A DNA stretch of 64,000 nt from an uncultured Spirochaetota bacterium. Its GTDB lineage: Bacteria; Spirochaetota; Brevinematia; Brevinematales; JAOACQ01. A program made the translations under genes and the position numbers. Shown in pieces: positions 42,592-51,468 of this stretch. The notes beneath the pieces are model-generated. The model made no database searches and was not told where the DNA came from. It was given only the letters and a program-made list of their open reading frames with translations. Each line of letters opens with the position of its first letter. Position 1 is the first letter of the stretch. The DNA is taken from positions 192,001-256,000 of the forward strand of contig CAWIGG010000006.1 of the NCBI GenBank assembly GCA_963835575.1, given 5' to 3'.

Positions 42592-42960
42592 TCATTCTAA
42601 CTGATTCAATAATTTATGGTAAACAAAATTGGCTATTTCTTTATCAATATTACCGGAAGCTTCTATGAATTCCTGCGCCGGTTTTTCCCTGTCGAGAATT
42701 CCATCCGGCTCTAAAAGCATAATGCCTTTCCACCTGCCCAATCCTTTGCCGTTATTAATGTTTTCATGAATCAGGTCATGTCCCGGCTTCCATGTCGCGG
42801 CCCTGGAACGGCTCCCGTAGCAAAGCTGAAAACTGATAATTTCTTTATTTTTATTATACCAGACATAAAGGTCGAGCGAATCATTATCATCGACAAAAAT
42901 CCTTCTGAACACGCCCTTTTCCGGCTGATTGACGATTTCTTCCTTCAGTTCGTAAAGCAT
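42592..42960 (-). CDS. Hypothetical protein
   Basis: 122-aa ORF (RRIF.D...DLYVWY...FQLCY), no function recognised. Confidence 0.65.
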   Translation of the reverse strand: MLYELKEEIVNQPEKGVFRRIFVDDNDSLDLYVWYNKNKEIISFQLCYGSRSRAATWKPGHDLIHENINNGKGLGRWKGIMLLEPDGILDREKPAQEFIEASGNIDKEIANFVYHKLLNQLE

Positions 42961-43161
42961 AATACTAAAATTCCTTTATGAGATATTGTATAAAGCCATT
43001 CCCTATTTTGCAATGTATTATGGTTTTATATTAATTTTTGGAATGAGGGCCATGATTTGTCCTATAATAATTTTATAATAAAGAAAAAAATACTATTGAA
43101 TAAAAGATTAATTTCCGATAAAATCAAAAGACGGAAATAAAAGAATTCCAGGAGTATAATT

Positions 43162-43602
43162 ATGAAAAAAATGCTTTTTTTGTTTATTCTTTTGATATCG
43201 GCCGGTCCGGCCGCTTTTACCGAGGACAGCAGGATCGAGGCCGTCGGTTTTCTGGGCGGCCAGAACATTTATTTTCTTTACACTTCGATAGGCCTCCTGG
43301 CGGACAGCTTTTACGGCGGGGTTTATGACAGCCGGTTTTCTAAAAACCTGGCCAGGGACATGGCGGTTTCCGCCCGGAAATCAAAAGAAACTTTCCAGAA
43401 ATTGATAGATGAAAAAACGCTCCAGGAAAAGGATGCCGAGTTCGGGGCGAATTTAATTGAAGCCTATGATGAGATTATAAATGAGGCGAACGCCTTTATA
43501 AGCACCGTTGATGTGAAGAATGATGAAAGCGTTGAAGTATTCCGCCGTTATAAGACAAAGGCCTGGGAGAAAATTCAGTATATTTTAAAGCTGGATGAAT
43601 GA
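43162..43602 (+). CDS. Exported hypothetical protein
   Basis: AGGAG RBS, signal peptide, helical body. Confidence 0.7.
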   Translation: MKKMLFLFILLISAGPAAFTEDSRIEAVGFLGGQNIYFLYTSIGLLADSFYGGVYDSRFSKNLARDMAVSARKSKETFQKLIDEKTLQEKDAEFGANLIEAYDEIINEANAFISTVDVKNDESVEVFRRYKTKAWEKIQYILKLDE

Positions 43603-45164
43603 ATGCCGGAAGTAAGTTCCTTGAAAACATCCCCGGTCAGGTCCAATATATCCCTCGCCAGGGCAGATTCACTGCCCTGTTTTTCCTCATAAAGTTCGCC
43701 GGCCCTGCCCAGAATAAAAGTACCCAGAAGGCCCGCGTTCAGGGCCGTGTAGCCGGATGCCGCCAGTCCGGCGATAAGCCCGGCCAGAATATCCCCGCTT
43801 CCGCCTTTTGCTAGGCTCGCGCTTCCCCTGTCGCTCATATAGATATTTCCGTCCGGCGCGGCTATCACGGAAACGGCGTCTTTAAGGACAACAATAGCAT
43901 TATATCCGGAGGCGAACTGACGCGCGCATTCGATTTTATTGTTCTTGACCCATGCTATGTCTTTTTGAACAAGACGCGCCATCTCGCCGATATGCGGCGT
44001 CAGGATTTTTTCTTTTTCAAAAGCCTTTAACTTTTCAAGCACTTCCGGGTTTTCCGCGAGATTATTCAAGCCGTCCGCGTCGATCACAAGCTTATCGATT
44101 GTTTTATTTTCCAATATGGACCTTATGACCGCGAGCTGGTTTTCCCCGGCGCCGAAGCCGTTTCCGATCAACACAGTATGGATTTTTTTCCGGCAGATAA
44201 AATCGGTAAGGTTCTGTATTGAAGACGGGGTTTCCTTTTCCCGCAGGACGAAGGCCATAGCTTCCGGCAGATTTTTCTGCACAGGCTTGATGACCGTTTC
44301 CGGCGCGGCGATGGAAAGTAGGCCGGCGCCTGTCCGGAGCGCCGCTGTGCCGGCCAGTATGACGGCGCCTGACATCCGGGCGGAGCCGTCGTCAGAGCCT
44401 CCGATCAGGAGCAGATGGCCGTAAGTTCCTTTATTTGTGTTCCTTTTCCGCGGCGTATAGATTTTTTCCAGGTCTTTTTCAGTGATCAGGTTGTTTTTCA
44501 TGGCAGGGTCTTCCAGCAGCTCAAGCGGTATGTTGATATTATGAACAATGGTTTTTCCGGAAAGCTCCCTGCCGGGGAAATCGATCATACCGAGCTTCGG
44601 CAGGCCGAATGTGACAGTCAGGCCGGCTTTTACCGAATGAGCGGCCGCGGCCCCGTCCGCCGAAAGGCCGGATGGTATGTCCAGCGAGACGACCGGCTTG
44701 CCGGACTGATTGATGGAATCAAATATCAGTGCCGTCTTTTCATCAACTTCGCCATGAAAACCGGTACCGAAGACCGCGTCTATCAGAATATCCGCGTCCC
44801 GGATCAGAATATTTATTTCCTGAGGATTAAGAGGGGCCTTCAAAACAGGCAAACCTATTTTTTCCAGAATGGAAATATTGACTTTCGCTTCGCCTTTGAA
44901 TTTATCCTGGGAATCCGTGAAGATCACCTGGACTGTTACGCCTTCGGAATAAAGCTTGCGCGCCAGGACCGCTCCGTCGCCGCCGTTATTTCCCGGGCCG
45001 CAGAAGATCAGGTATTTTTTCTTTTTAAAGCAGGAAATATTTTCTTCCAGCGCGAGGTACGCGGCCCCTCCGGCGTTTTCCATTAAAACAATTACGGGAA
45101 TACCGTATTGTTCAAAGCAGGCTTTATCAATCCTGTAAATATCTTCTTTTAATGCCAGTTTCAT
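43575..45164 (-). CDS. nnr: Bifunctional NAD(P)HX epimerase/dehydratase
   Basis: LMENAG, GPGNNGGDG, DIPSG, NKGTYG, VIDADGLN, TPHIGEM, GGSGDILAG. Confidence 0.93.
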   Translation of the reverse strand: MKLALKEDIYRIDKACFEQYGIPVIVLMENAGGAAYLALEENISCFKKKKYLIFCGPGNNGGDGAVLARKLYSEGVTVQVIFTDSQDKFKGEAKVNISILEKIGLPVLKAPLNPQEINILIRDADILIDAVFGTGFHGEVDEKTALIFDSINQSGKPVVSLDIPSGLSADGAAAAHSVKAGLTVTFGLPKLGMIDFPGRELSGKTIVHNINIPLELLEDPAMKNNLITEKDLEKIYTPRKRNTNKGTYGHLLLIGGSDDGSARMSGAVILAGTAALRTGAGLLSIAAPETVIKPVQKNLPEAMAFVLREKETPSSIQNLTDFICRKKIHTVLIGNGFGAGENQLAVIRSILENKTIDKLVIDADGLNNLAENPEVLEKLKAFEKEKILTPHIGEMARLVQKDIAWVKNNKIECARQFASGYNAIVVLKDAVSVIAAPDGNIYMSDRGSASLAKGGSGDILAGLIAGLAASGYTALNAGLLGTFILGRAGELYEEKQGSESALARDILDLTGDVFKELTSGIHSSSFKIY

Positions 45165-45175
45165 AGTTTTATCCG

Positions 45176-46564
45176 TTATATATCCTCAAAATTTTCTGAA
45201 ACCAGAATACCGATCCCGCCGGAAAGGGTGCCGAACCAGATCCTGTTCTTCTCAAAATTGATGTTCACCACATCATTGGAGGGAAGCCCTGTAAGAACAT
45301 TCATGGAAGACCATTGCCGGCTTTTAAAATGGTATGACATAACGCCTCCGCCGAGCGTGCCGATGAACATGCTGTTTTTCATTACCCTGACCGACTCAAT
45401 ATAGTCTGAGACCATTCCGTTCCCCGATGTAAAATGTTTTATAATCCTGTCTTTTGAATCCATTATGTAAACACCGCTGCCGTGCGTCCCGATCCAGAGG
45501 AGGGAATTATACAGGCAGAGGGATTTTACCGGAATATCACCGAGAAAATTCTGGTATTTCCCATCGTTATTAATAAAAACACCTTTGTCCAGAGAGGCAA
45601 TATAGAGCCGGCCTTTTTCAAATAAAATATCGGTGATCTGCAGGGCTTTTTGAAATTCCTTCCGCCACTTTCCCGAGTTTTCATCAAAAACAAAAAGGCC
45701 CTTCCCGAGCGTGGCGGCGTAAAGCCTGCCGCCCAGAATTCTGATCCTTTTTATTGTCACATAGCCGAGGTCCCCTTTTTCACGGCTCCATTTTTCCGTT
45801 TTTTTGTCAAAACAGCAGAGGCCGTTGTAAGTCCCGATCCAGACCCTGTTTTTATCGATTTCGATGCACCGGACATGCGGCGAGATCAGGCTGTTTTTCC
45901 CCGCCTTGAACAGGGTGAGCTTGTGAGAACTGCGGGTAAAACGCCCGGCTCCGCCCGTCCACATCCCGATCCAGAGGTCGTCGCCGTCAAACTCGATGGC
46001 GCTGATGCTGTCGTCCGGCAGGCCTTCGTAATGGGATATGTATTCCCACCGGATCCTCCGCTTGAGTTTTTCGGCGTCTTCAGTGAACCGGGAATTTGTT
46101 TTTCCTGCTTCCAGTGTTCTATTGATGTAGTAAAGCGCGCTCTCACGGTTATTGAGCTGATAAAAAATTCTGGCGGTATAGAACAGACAGTCTTTTTTAT
46201 AAGGACTTTTTTTTAAAACACCCGCGCCTTTCATAAAGGTTTTCAGGGCGAGCATTTTTTTCCTGCCGTTATAGAAGGACAGGCCGGCTTTGTAATAACC
46301 CTCGCACATATCGAGCCTCGAGAAGCTTTCCGGCGAAACCCTCTGCCATTTGTCCGGCTCATTCATGTGGTCCAGTATCACCTGTTCTTCAATCCATCCG
46401 GGAAGCTCATCCCGGCTGATTTTATAGCCTTTCAATATGTCATTGGTGGAAAAGCCGGGACTATTATTATAGAAGAACAATGTTAGACACATGATGATAA
46501 ATACAGACAGATTGATCTTTTTTAAAAAAGTATTCCCAACAGATTCCGGATTAAATATATTCAT
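45176..46564 (-). CDS. TPR plus beta-propeller (two-component-regulator-propeller-like) protein
   Basis: TPR-like helices then repeated LWIGT..GG / GLP...V blades. Confidence 0.75.
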   Translation of the reverse strand: MNIFNPESVGNTFLKKINLSVFIIMCLTLFFYNNSPGFSTNDILKGYKISRDELPGWIEEQVILDHMNEPDKWQRVSPESFSRLDMCEGYYKAGLSFYNGRKKMLALKTFMKGAGVLKKSPYKKDCLFYTARIFYQLNNRESALYYINRTLEAGKTNSRFTEDAEKLKRRIRWEYISHYEGLPDDSISAIEFDGDDLWIGMWTGGAGRFTRSSHKLTLFKAGKNSLISPHVRCIEIDKNRVWIGTYNGLCCFDKKTEKWSREKGDLGYVTIKRIRILGGRLYAATLGKGLFVFDENSGKWRKEFQKALQITDILFEKGRLYIASLDKGVFINNDGKYQNFLGDIPVKSLCLYNSLLWIGTHGSGVYIMDSKDRIIKHFTSGNGMVSDYIESVRVMKNSMFIGTLGGGVMSYHFKSRQWSSMNVLTGLPSNDVVNINFEKNRIWFGTLSGGIGILVSENFEDI

Positions 46565-46722
46565 AAGAGCGCCTTATTTTTTATTTAATCATCGGCAGAA
46601 AAGGCCCGAAAGTTTGAGGGATTGATAATTAATGAATAAATGTCTGAATATTCCATAACCAATTATAATTAGCTATGCCGGATTGTTACAAAATTTTTTT
46701 TAATCTATTCCATTTCAATAAA

Positions 46723-46751
46723 TTGACAGATTTTTCCCATCAGGTTACGAT
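46723..46751 (+). promoter_or_regulatory. Putative sigma70 promoter of the cyclase gene
   Basis: TTGACA-N17-TACGAT. Confidence 0.65.
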
Positions 46752-46820
46752 TTTAGCCGGAAGCCGGAAGCCGTTTTTGAAATCCCGGCATAAATTTAAT
46801 AAGAAACAGGCGGAGATATT

Positions 46821-48746
46821 ATGAGTGAAAAAAGTTTTATTAACGGAATATTGAAAAAGGCCGGAGATATTTTTCAAAGTATTATCCCCGGCAGAAGGAC
46901 GAAGAAAGAAAAATTCCGAAAGGTGTTCTTCGGCCTGAGGATCCGGTTTCTCGCGCTTCTTTTTATATTCATGACGGCCATCATTTTTGTGCTGACCGTA
47001 GTGATGTTTTTAGACCAGAGAAGGATCCTCCAGCAGGAAAAAAATGAAAAGGCGGGGATTTTCACGCAGATCCTCGGCGGCCCTGCCGAATTTTACCTTG
47101 ACCGCGATATAAAGACCACGGCGCAGGACCTTAAGGTCAAGTATGAGATTATTGTCAAGGAAGCGGCCAATTTCAAGAGATATAATAATGATATCGAGCA
47201 GATCCTCCTTTCGGACAGAAATAAAAAGATTGTCTTCAGCGCGTCGTCCGCCGATGTCAGGACATACAGCGAGCTTCCGTTTATAAAAGACGCGCTTTCG
47301 CAGAAAAAGGAAAGCCTGACCTATTATGACTTTAAAATAAAAAAGAAAAATAAAAAAGAGGAGCGGTTCCGCGCCTTAACTTATCCCATCTTTCTTCATA
47401 ATGGAGAGCTTGTGGACGTCCTGGCGGATTATAAAAAATATTATCTCCCTTATGAGGCATCTGACAAAAGAAGGAAAAATGAGATTTACAGGATACTCTG
47501 GACGAAATATAAAGATAAACTCGGGAAAGATTTTGAGGCCGTAAAAAACACCGGCGGTAAAAAAGCCGCTAAGGAAACAACAGGCCAGGTGGTAAAAGCC
47601 GGCGATATAGATTTTCTCTTTTTAAAAGTCTTTTCAGAAGTCATGAAAGACCGGAAAGAGAGGATCCAGAAAGCGGACGAGGTACTGCTCGCCGGGAAAT
47701 GGCTCGAGTCCTTTAAAAAGGACAAGATCGACGCCTATAAAAACGACAAGGCGACAGAGGCCGGCGATATCCAGAAAAAGATCATGGAAGCGATGAGCAT
47801 GCTTTCGCAGGATCTGGATGACGCCAGGCTCCTGGGGGCCCTGTCCATCATTTTTAATGTGAACAGAATGGGCGAGGATATTGACAAGAATGTCACGACG
47901 GCCATGATCATCGCCGGTATTATTCTGGCGTTCAGCATTGTTGTTTCATTTTATGTTGTTAATTTCATGGTCAGGAACTTAAAGAAGCTTGAAAAATGGG
48001 CGCTGGAGGTCAGCGCGGGAAATATTGATAATAAAGTTGTCATAGAGCAGAGGGATGAGATCGGCAGGCTATCGGATATTTTTAATAACATGCTGGATGA
48101 GATAAAGATGAAATTCCACCTGGAGAAATATGTCTCCCAGTCCACGCGCTCCATGATAGAACAGCAGAAAGGCCGCGAAGAATTCCCGGTCCTCGGTAAA
48201 ACGGACAAGAAAAATCTCGCCTTCATATTTTCCGATGTGAGGGGATTCACTTCCTTCTCTGAAAAGAACCAGCCTGAAACGGTGATAGAGGTCCTGAACC
48301 TTTATTTTGAAATACAGGCAAGGATCATCAATAATAAAAAAGGCGATATCGACGATTATGTCGGCGACCAGATCATGGCGCATTTCAGCGGCGATAAAAA
48401 GGCCGACCTGGTGCTTTCGACGGCCGTTGAAATTATGAAGGAAGTTCAAAAATTCAATGAAGACCGCCAGAAGAAGAACCTTCCGTATTTCGAGATCGGC
48501 ATCGGGGTGCATGGAGGCGATGTTGTTGTCGGGAATATCGGCTCCGGGTTCAGGATGGACTTCAGCTGTATCGGCGACGCGGTGAACCTGGCCTCGCGGC
48601 TTTGTTCCGCCGCCGCGCCTGGCGAGATCCTTGTTTCAAAGGCCCTGTTTTCCCAGGCTCGCCAGTTTTACAGGACGCAGAAAGTGGAACCGATCGAGGT
48701 CAAAGGCAAAGAGAAAAAGATTGATATCGTCAGAGTATTGTTTTAA
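46821..48746 (+). CDS. Membrane class III adenylate/guanylate cyclase with HAMP domain
   Basis: Two TMs, RDEIGRL..FNNM, FSDVRGFT, VGDQIMA, IGDAVNLASRL. Confidence 0.92.
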   Translation: MSEKSFINGILKKAGDIFQSIIPGRRTKKEKFRKVFFGLRIRFLALLFIFMTAIIFVLTVVMFLDQRRILQQEKNEKAGIFTQILGGPAEFYLDRDIKTTAQDLKVKYEIIVKEAANFKRYNNDIEQILLSDRNKKIVFSASSADVRTYSELPFIKDALSQKKESLTYYDFKIKKKNKKEERFRALTYPIFLHNGELVDVLADYKKYYLPYEASDKRRKNEIYRILWTKYKDKLGKDFEAVKNTGGKKAAKETTGQVVKAGDIDFLFLKVFSEVMKDRKERIQKADEVLLAGKWLESFKKDKIDAYKNDKATEAGDIQKKIMEAMSMLSQDLDDARLLGALSIIFNVNRMGEDIDKNVTTAMIIAGIILAFSIVVSFYVVNFMVRNLKKLEKWALEVSAGNIDNKVVIEQRDEIGRLSDIFNNMLDEIKMKFHLEKYVSQSTRSMIEQQKGREEFPVLGKTDKKNLAFIFSDVRGFTSFSEKNQPETVIEVLNLYFEIQARIINNKKGDIDDYVGDQIMAHFSGDKKADLVLSTAVEIMKEVQKFNEDRQKKNLPYFEIGIGVHGGDVVVGNIGSGFRMDFSCIGDAVNLASRLCSAAAPGEILVSKALFSQARQFYRTQKVEPIEVKGKEKKIDIVRVLF

Positions 48747-48977
48747 TTTAAAGAGGACTTTTCTCTCAACAACAAGACACAAAGAACACGAAGAACCACC
48801 AACGGGGTAATCCGCGAATGCACACGAATGGACGCGAATGAGGGGAAATTAACAGGAAGATTGTTTTAGTTAAGTCAAGAAAAAAACAATCAAAATATTT
48901 AAAAAACCTCAGTAGTTCGATATAATAAAGGCGGAAGAAAATGGAGGTGTTGCTCGCGGAATATTTCCGCAGGGTTT

Positions 48978-50252
48978 CTAACCCACTTTTGCCACCCCGT
49001 TTTCTTCCATTTTCCTTATATTTTCAGACTCATAGTCCTTTAATATCCGAAATATCTTACGGACTAATGCTCTGGCAACCCTTTTATTCGCTTCGAGCCT
49101 GCTCATTCCATTTTTTATCAAATTCCTGTGCATGCCGGAAATATGGTGGTCCGGATTCCAGTGAACAAAGTTCTTGGCCGCGTTCATAAAGGCGTTTTTC
49201 AAACGGCGGTTATAATCGTGAGTATGTTTCATCTTCTTTCTTTCACCCCTATTTTTCTTTCCGGTTTCATCTTCCACCATACCGAATCCCGCATATAACG
49301 CCAGGCTGTCCTCTTTAACAAAACGATTGATATGAATAATCTCGGCTATCATCGTAGAGGCAGTGATCACGCCGATTCCTTTCAACCCATTGCCATTGGA
49401 TTCGTCATAGGCTAAAACCCGGACAGCTTCCCTGGATTCAGCCAGATTATCCAAAATCTTCTTCATTTCTTCCTTATGGCCTTTCAAAAGAATAATATTT
49501 TCAGCAGATTGCCGGATCATCATGGAAATGGGGCCCGCTACACCCAAGATTCTTTGGGCTATTACCTGTAAGCCGGCGATGGTCTTATCCCGGCCTCTAT
49601 AAGAGCCTCCACCCATCAGCTCTTTCATTTTCTCCGCACTTAATCTCCTCCATTGGCTTAAATCGGGACAATTACACAGCAAATTCAGTACTCCTGCGCT
49701 ATTCAAAACATTATGTCTGTTATCCGTCTCCATATTCTTGCCGCTTAAGAACAGGTAAACATCCGGGGAAGCCTCGCATAAAAGCTTCCACAGCCCGGAT
49801 ATTTCCTCTGTGATCCTGCCGCTTACACTTTCATATTTCCGGGTTATCGTCTGTAATTCGCTGTCAACAGGATAGACCCTTCTCCATTTTTCCAGAGAAC
49901 CGTTCATTTCACGCTCTAAAGCCAAAAGAGCGGCGGCATGAGCATCCTTTTCGTTGTTCTTTCCCGCCGGGAGCTGGCTTTTCCTCTTTTGTTCAACATC
50001 CCTTGCTTTAAACGAGTAATAGGTCATCGATTCCTTACGAAGCACTTTCTCTAAGGGCTTACTCTGCCCGTTGCTTCCCTCGATGGCGATAATCGGGTCA
50101 TTTTTCGACCGAGTCCATTCGATCAGATTATCAAGGCCGCTTGTGGTAACCGGAAAGGCTTTCCGTTCCGTTTTCCAGTCTTCCGCTTTGACATACATAC
50201 ACACATACTGTTGTGAATCGGGATCAATCCCGATAGCATCCCGGATTAGCAT
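48978..50252 (-). CDS. IS110-family recombinase/transposase
   Basis: IGID, AIEG, KNNEKDA RuvC-like N-terminus; GIGVITA..IAEI..I.RF...LA.YAG and NRRLK in the Tnp domain. Confidence 0.92.
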   Translation of the reverse strand: MLIRDAIGIDPDSQQYVCMYVKAEDWKTERKAFPVTTSGLDNLIEWTRSKNDPIIAIEGSNGQSKPLEKVLRKESMTYYSFKARDVEQKRKSQLPAGKNNEKDAHAAALLALEREMNGSLEKWRRVYPVDSELQTITRKYESVSGRITEEISGLWKLLCEASPDVYLFLSGKNMETDNRHNVLNSAGVLNLLCNCPDLSQWRRLSAEKMKELMGGGSYRGRDKTIAGLQVIAQRILGVAGPISMMIRQSAENIILLKGHKEEMKKILDNLAESREAVRVLAYDESNGNGLKGIGVITASTMIAEIIHINRFVKEDSLALYAGFGMVEDETGKKNRGERKKMKHTHDYNRRLKNAFMNAAKNFVHWNPDHHISGMHRNLIKNGMSRLEANKRVARALVRKIFRILKDYESENIRKMEENGVAKVG

Positions 50253-50278
50253 TTTTTCCTCCAGCAGATTAAAATATC

Positions 50279-50480
50279 AGACCGTTCCATTTCGGCACCC
50301 TTGTAATGAGCGACAGGATTATTCAAGGGAATATCCTGGCAATTGTTTTAAGAGACCAAAACGGTCCTTGTGGAGTTGGCAATCTTCCTGTGTGCCTTGG
50401 TTTCAAACCAGAAGGCAGGCGGGTAGTGAGCAACAACTTCCACAAGGAGGTATTCTACTGAAGAATTATTTTTTGTAAAC
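50279..50480 (-). ncRNA. Putative bridge RNA
   Basis: Two stem-loops with large internal loops whose segments match the target and donor sites (see findings); 5' end approximate. Confidence 0.85.
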
Positions 50481-50671
50481 TTTTTCTCCAAAATATAGCT
50501 TACAAGGCGGGAAGACACGAAGAACGGGGGTAAAGGGGTGGCTACGCCGGTAATACAGAGGATGTTGTTTGATAATCCTTTTTTGTTTTTATTAAAGCTG
50601 ATTTATAACCCCAATTGAACGCGGATGACGCGGATTAGGGCGGATAGTCGGCAGAGCCTGCCCTGAGCTTG

Positions 50672-50757
50672 CAGACTGTGTGAAAAGTCATCAAATTGTC
50701 ATCCCTCGACTCCGCTCGGGATGACAACACTTAAAACACGATTTTTCACTCAGTCTG
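50672..50757. mobile_element. 86-bp MITE with IS1182-type termini
   Basis: CAGACTGTGTGAAAA ... TTTTCACTCAGTCTG; duplication TTG; internal hairpin TGTCATCCC...GGGATGACA. Confidence 0.85.
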
Positions 50758-50967
50758 TTGTCGAAGGGCTCATCACAGGTTTATAGGATTTGGTTTTACT
50801 TAAATCTGCCTGTGTTGTTTTACTCTCTGCTTAATATGATATAGGACACTTGTGGGAGGGCGGGCTGCGCCCGGCGGACAGAAGAGTAAGCAGTAGTTTA
50901 TTTCTATGTTTTATTGGGGTTTAAATTCAAATATTTCGATTATAGTGTATGAAGGAGGAATATTGAA

Positions 50968-51468
50968 ATGTCATTCATTTTTAATGTAAATGAAATTGTT
51001 CTTAAGGAGAGAAAATCTCCTGTTCCGGAATTTACCTGGCATACAAGTGAAAAATTAGCCGAAATAACAAAATCTAAATACCTGGATTTCTACATTCGTT
51101 CTCTGGATCCGGATAAATTTTCTTATCCATATCATTTTCATCGAGATTCGGAAGAAATATTTGTCATATTAGCCGGTGAAGTCACCCTGAGAACTCCAAG
51201 AGGATTTCATACATTAAAGAGTGGGGACATTATCTTCTTTGAAACAGGACAGGACGGAGCTCATCAACTTTATAATCATACAGATAAATCTTGCCGGTAT
51301 TTGGATATTCGTACGGCTACTGGAATAGATGTTTGCGAATATCCGGATTCAGGGAAAATAAATATAATACCATATCAGGAAATTTATAAATCTAAAAATA
51401 AAGCTGATTATTATCAAGATGAAAATGATATCAGGAATAAATGGCCGAAAGAAATTCTCAAAGGTTGA
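50968..51468 (+). CDS. Cupin-domain protein
   Basis: PYHFHRDSEEIFVILAGE...GDIIFF...AHQLYN; DVCEYPDSGK; AAGGAGG RBS. Confidence 0.9.
   Translation: MSFIFNVNEIVLKERKSPVPEFTWHTSEKLAEITKSKYLDFYIRSLDPDKFSYPYHFHRDSEEIFVILAGEVTLRTPRGFHTLKSGDIIFFETGQDGAHQLYNHTDKSCRYLDIRTATGIDVCEYPDSGKINIIPYQEIYKSKNKADYYQDENDIRNKWPKEILKG

Larger units (their letters stand above)
48860..50506 (-). mobile_element. IS110-family element
   Basis: Removing it restores the repeat arm TTAACAGGAAGGCGGGAAG; shared AAG (CTT on minus) at both junctions; long non-coding end upstream of the ORF. Confidence 0.9.

Noticed and set aside
48768..48860. CRISPR array or DGR template in the short tandem units
   Set aside because: Units are ~9 nt with no unique spacers; no cas or reverse transcriptase gene and no adenine-specific repeat pair seen
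50071..50478. 135-aa plus-strand ORF over the IS110 end
   Set aside because: Antisense to the transposase and bridge RNA; no RBS or recognisable domain
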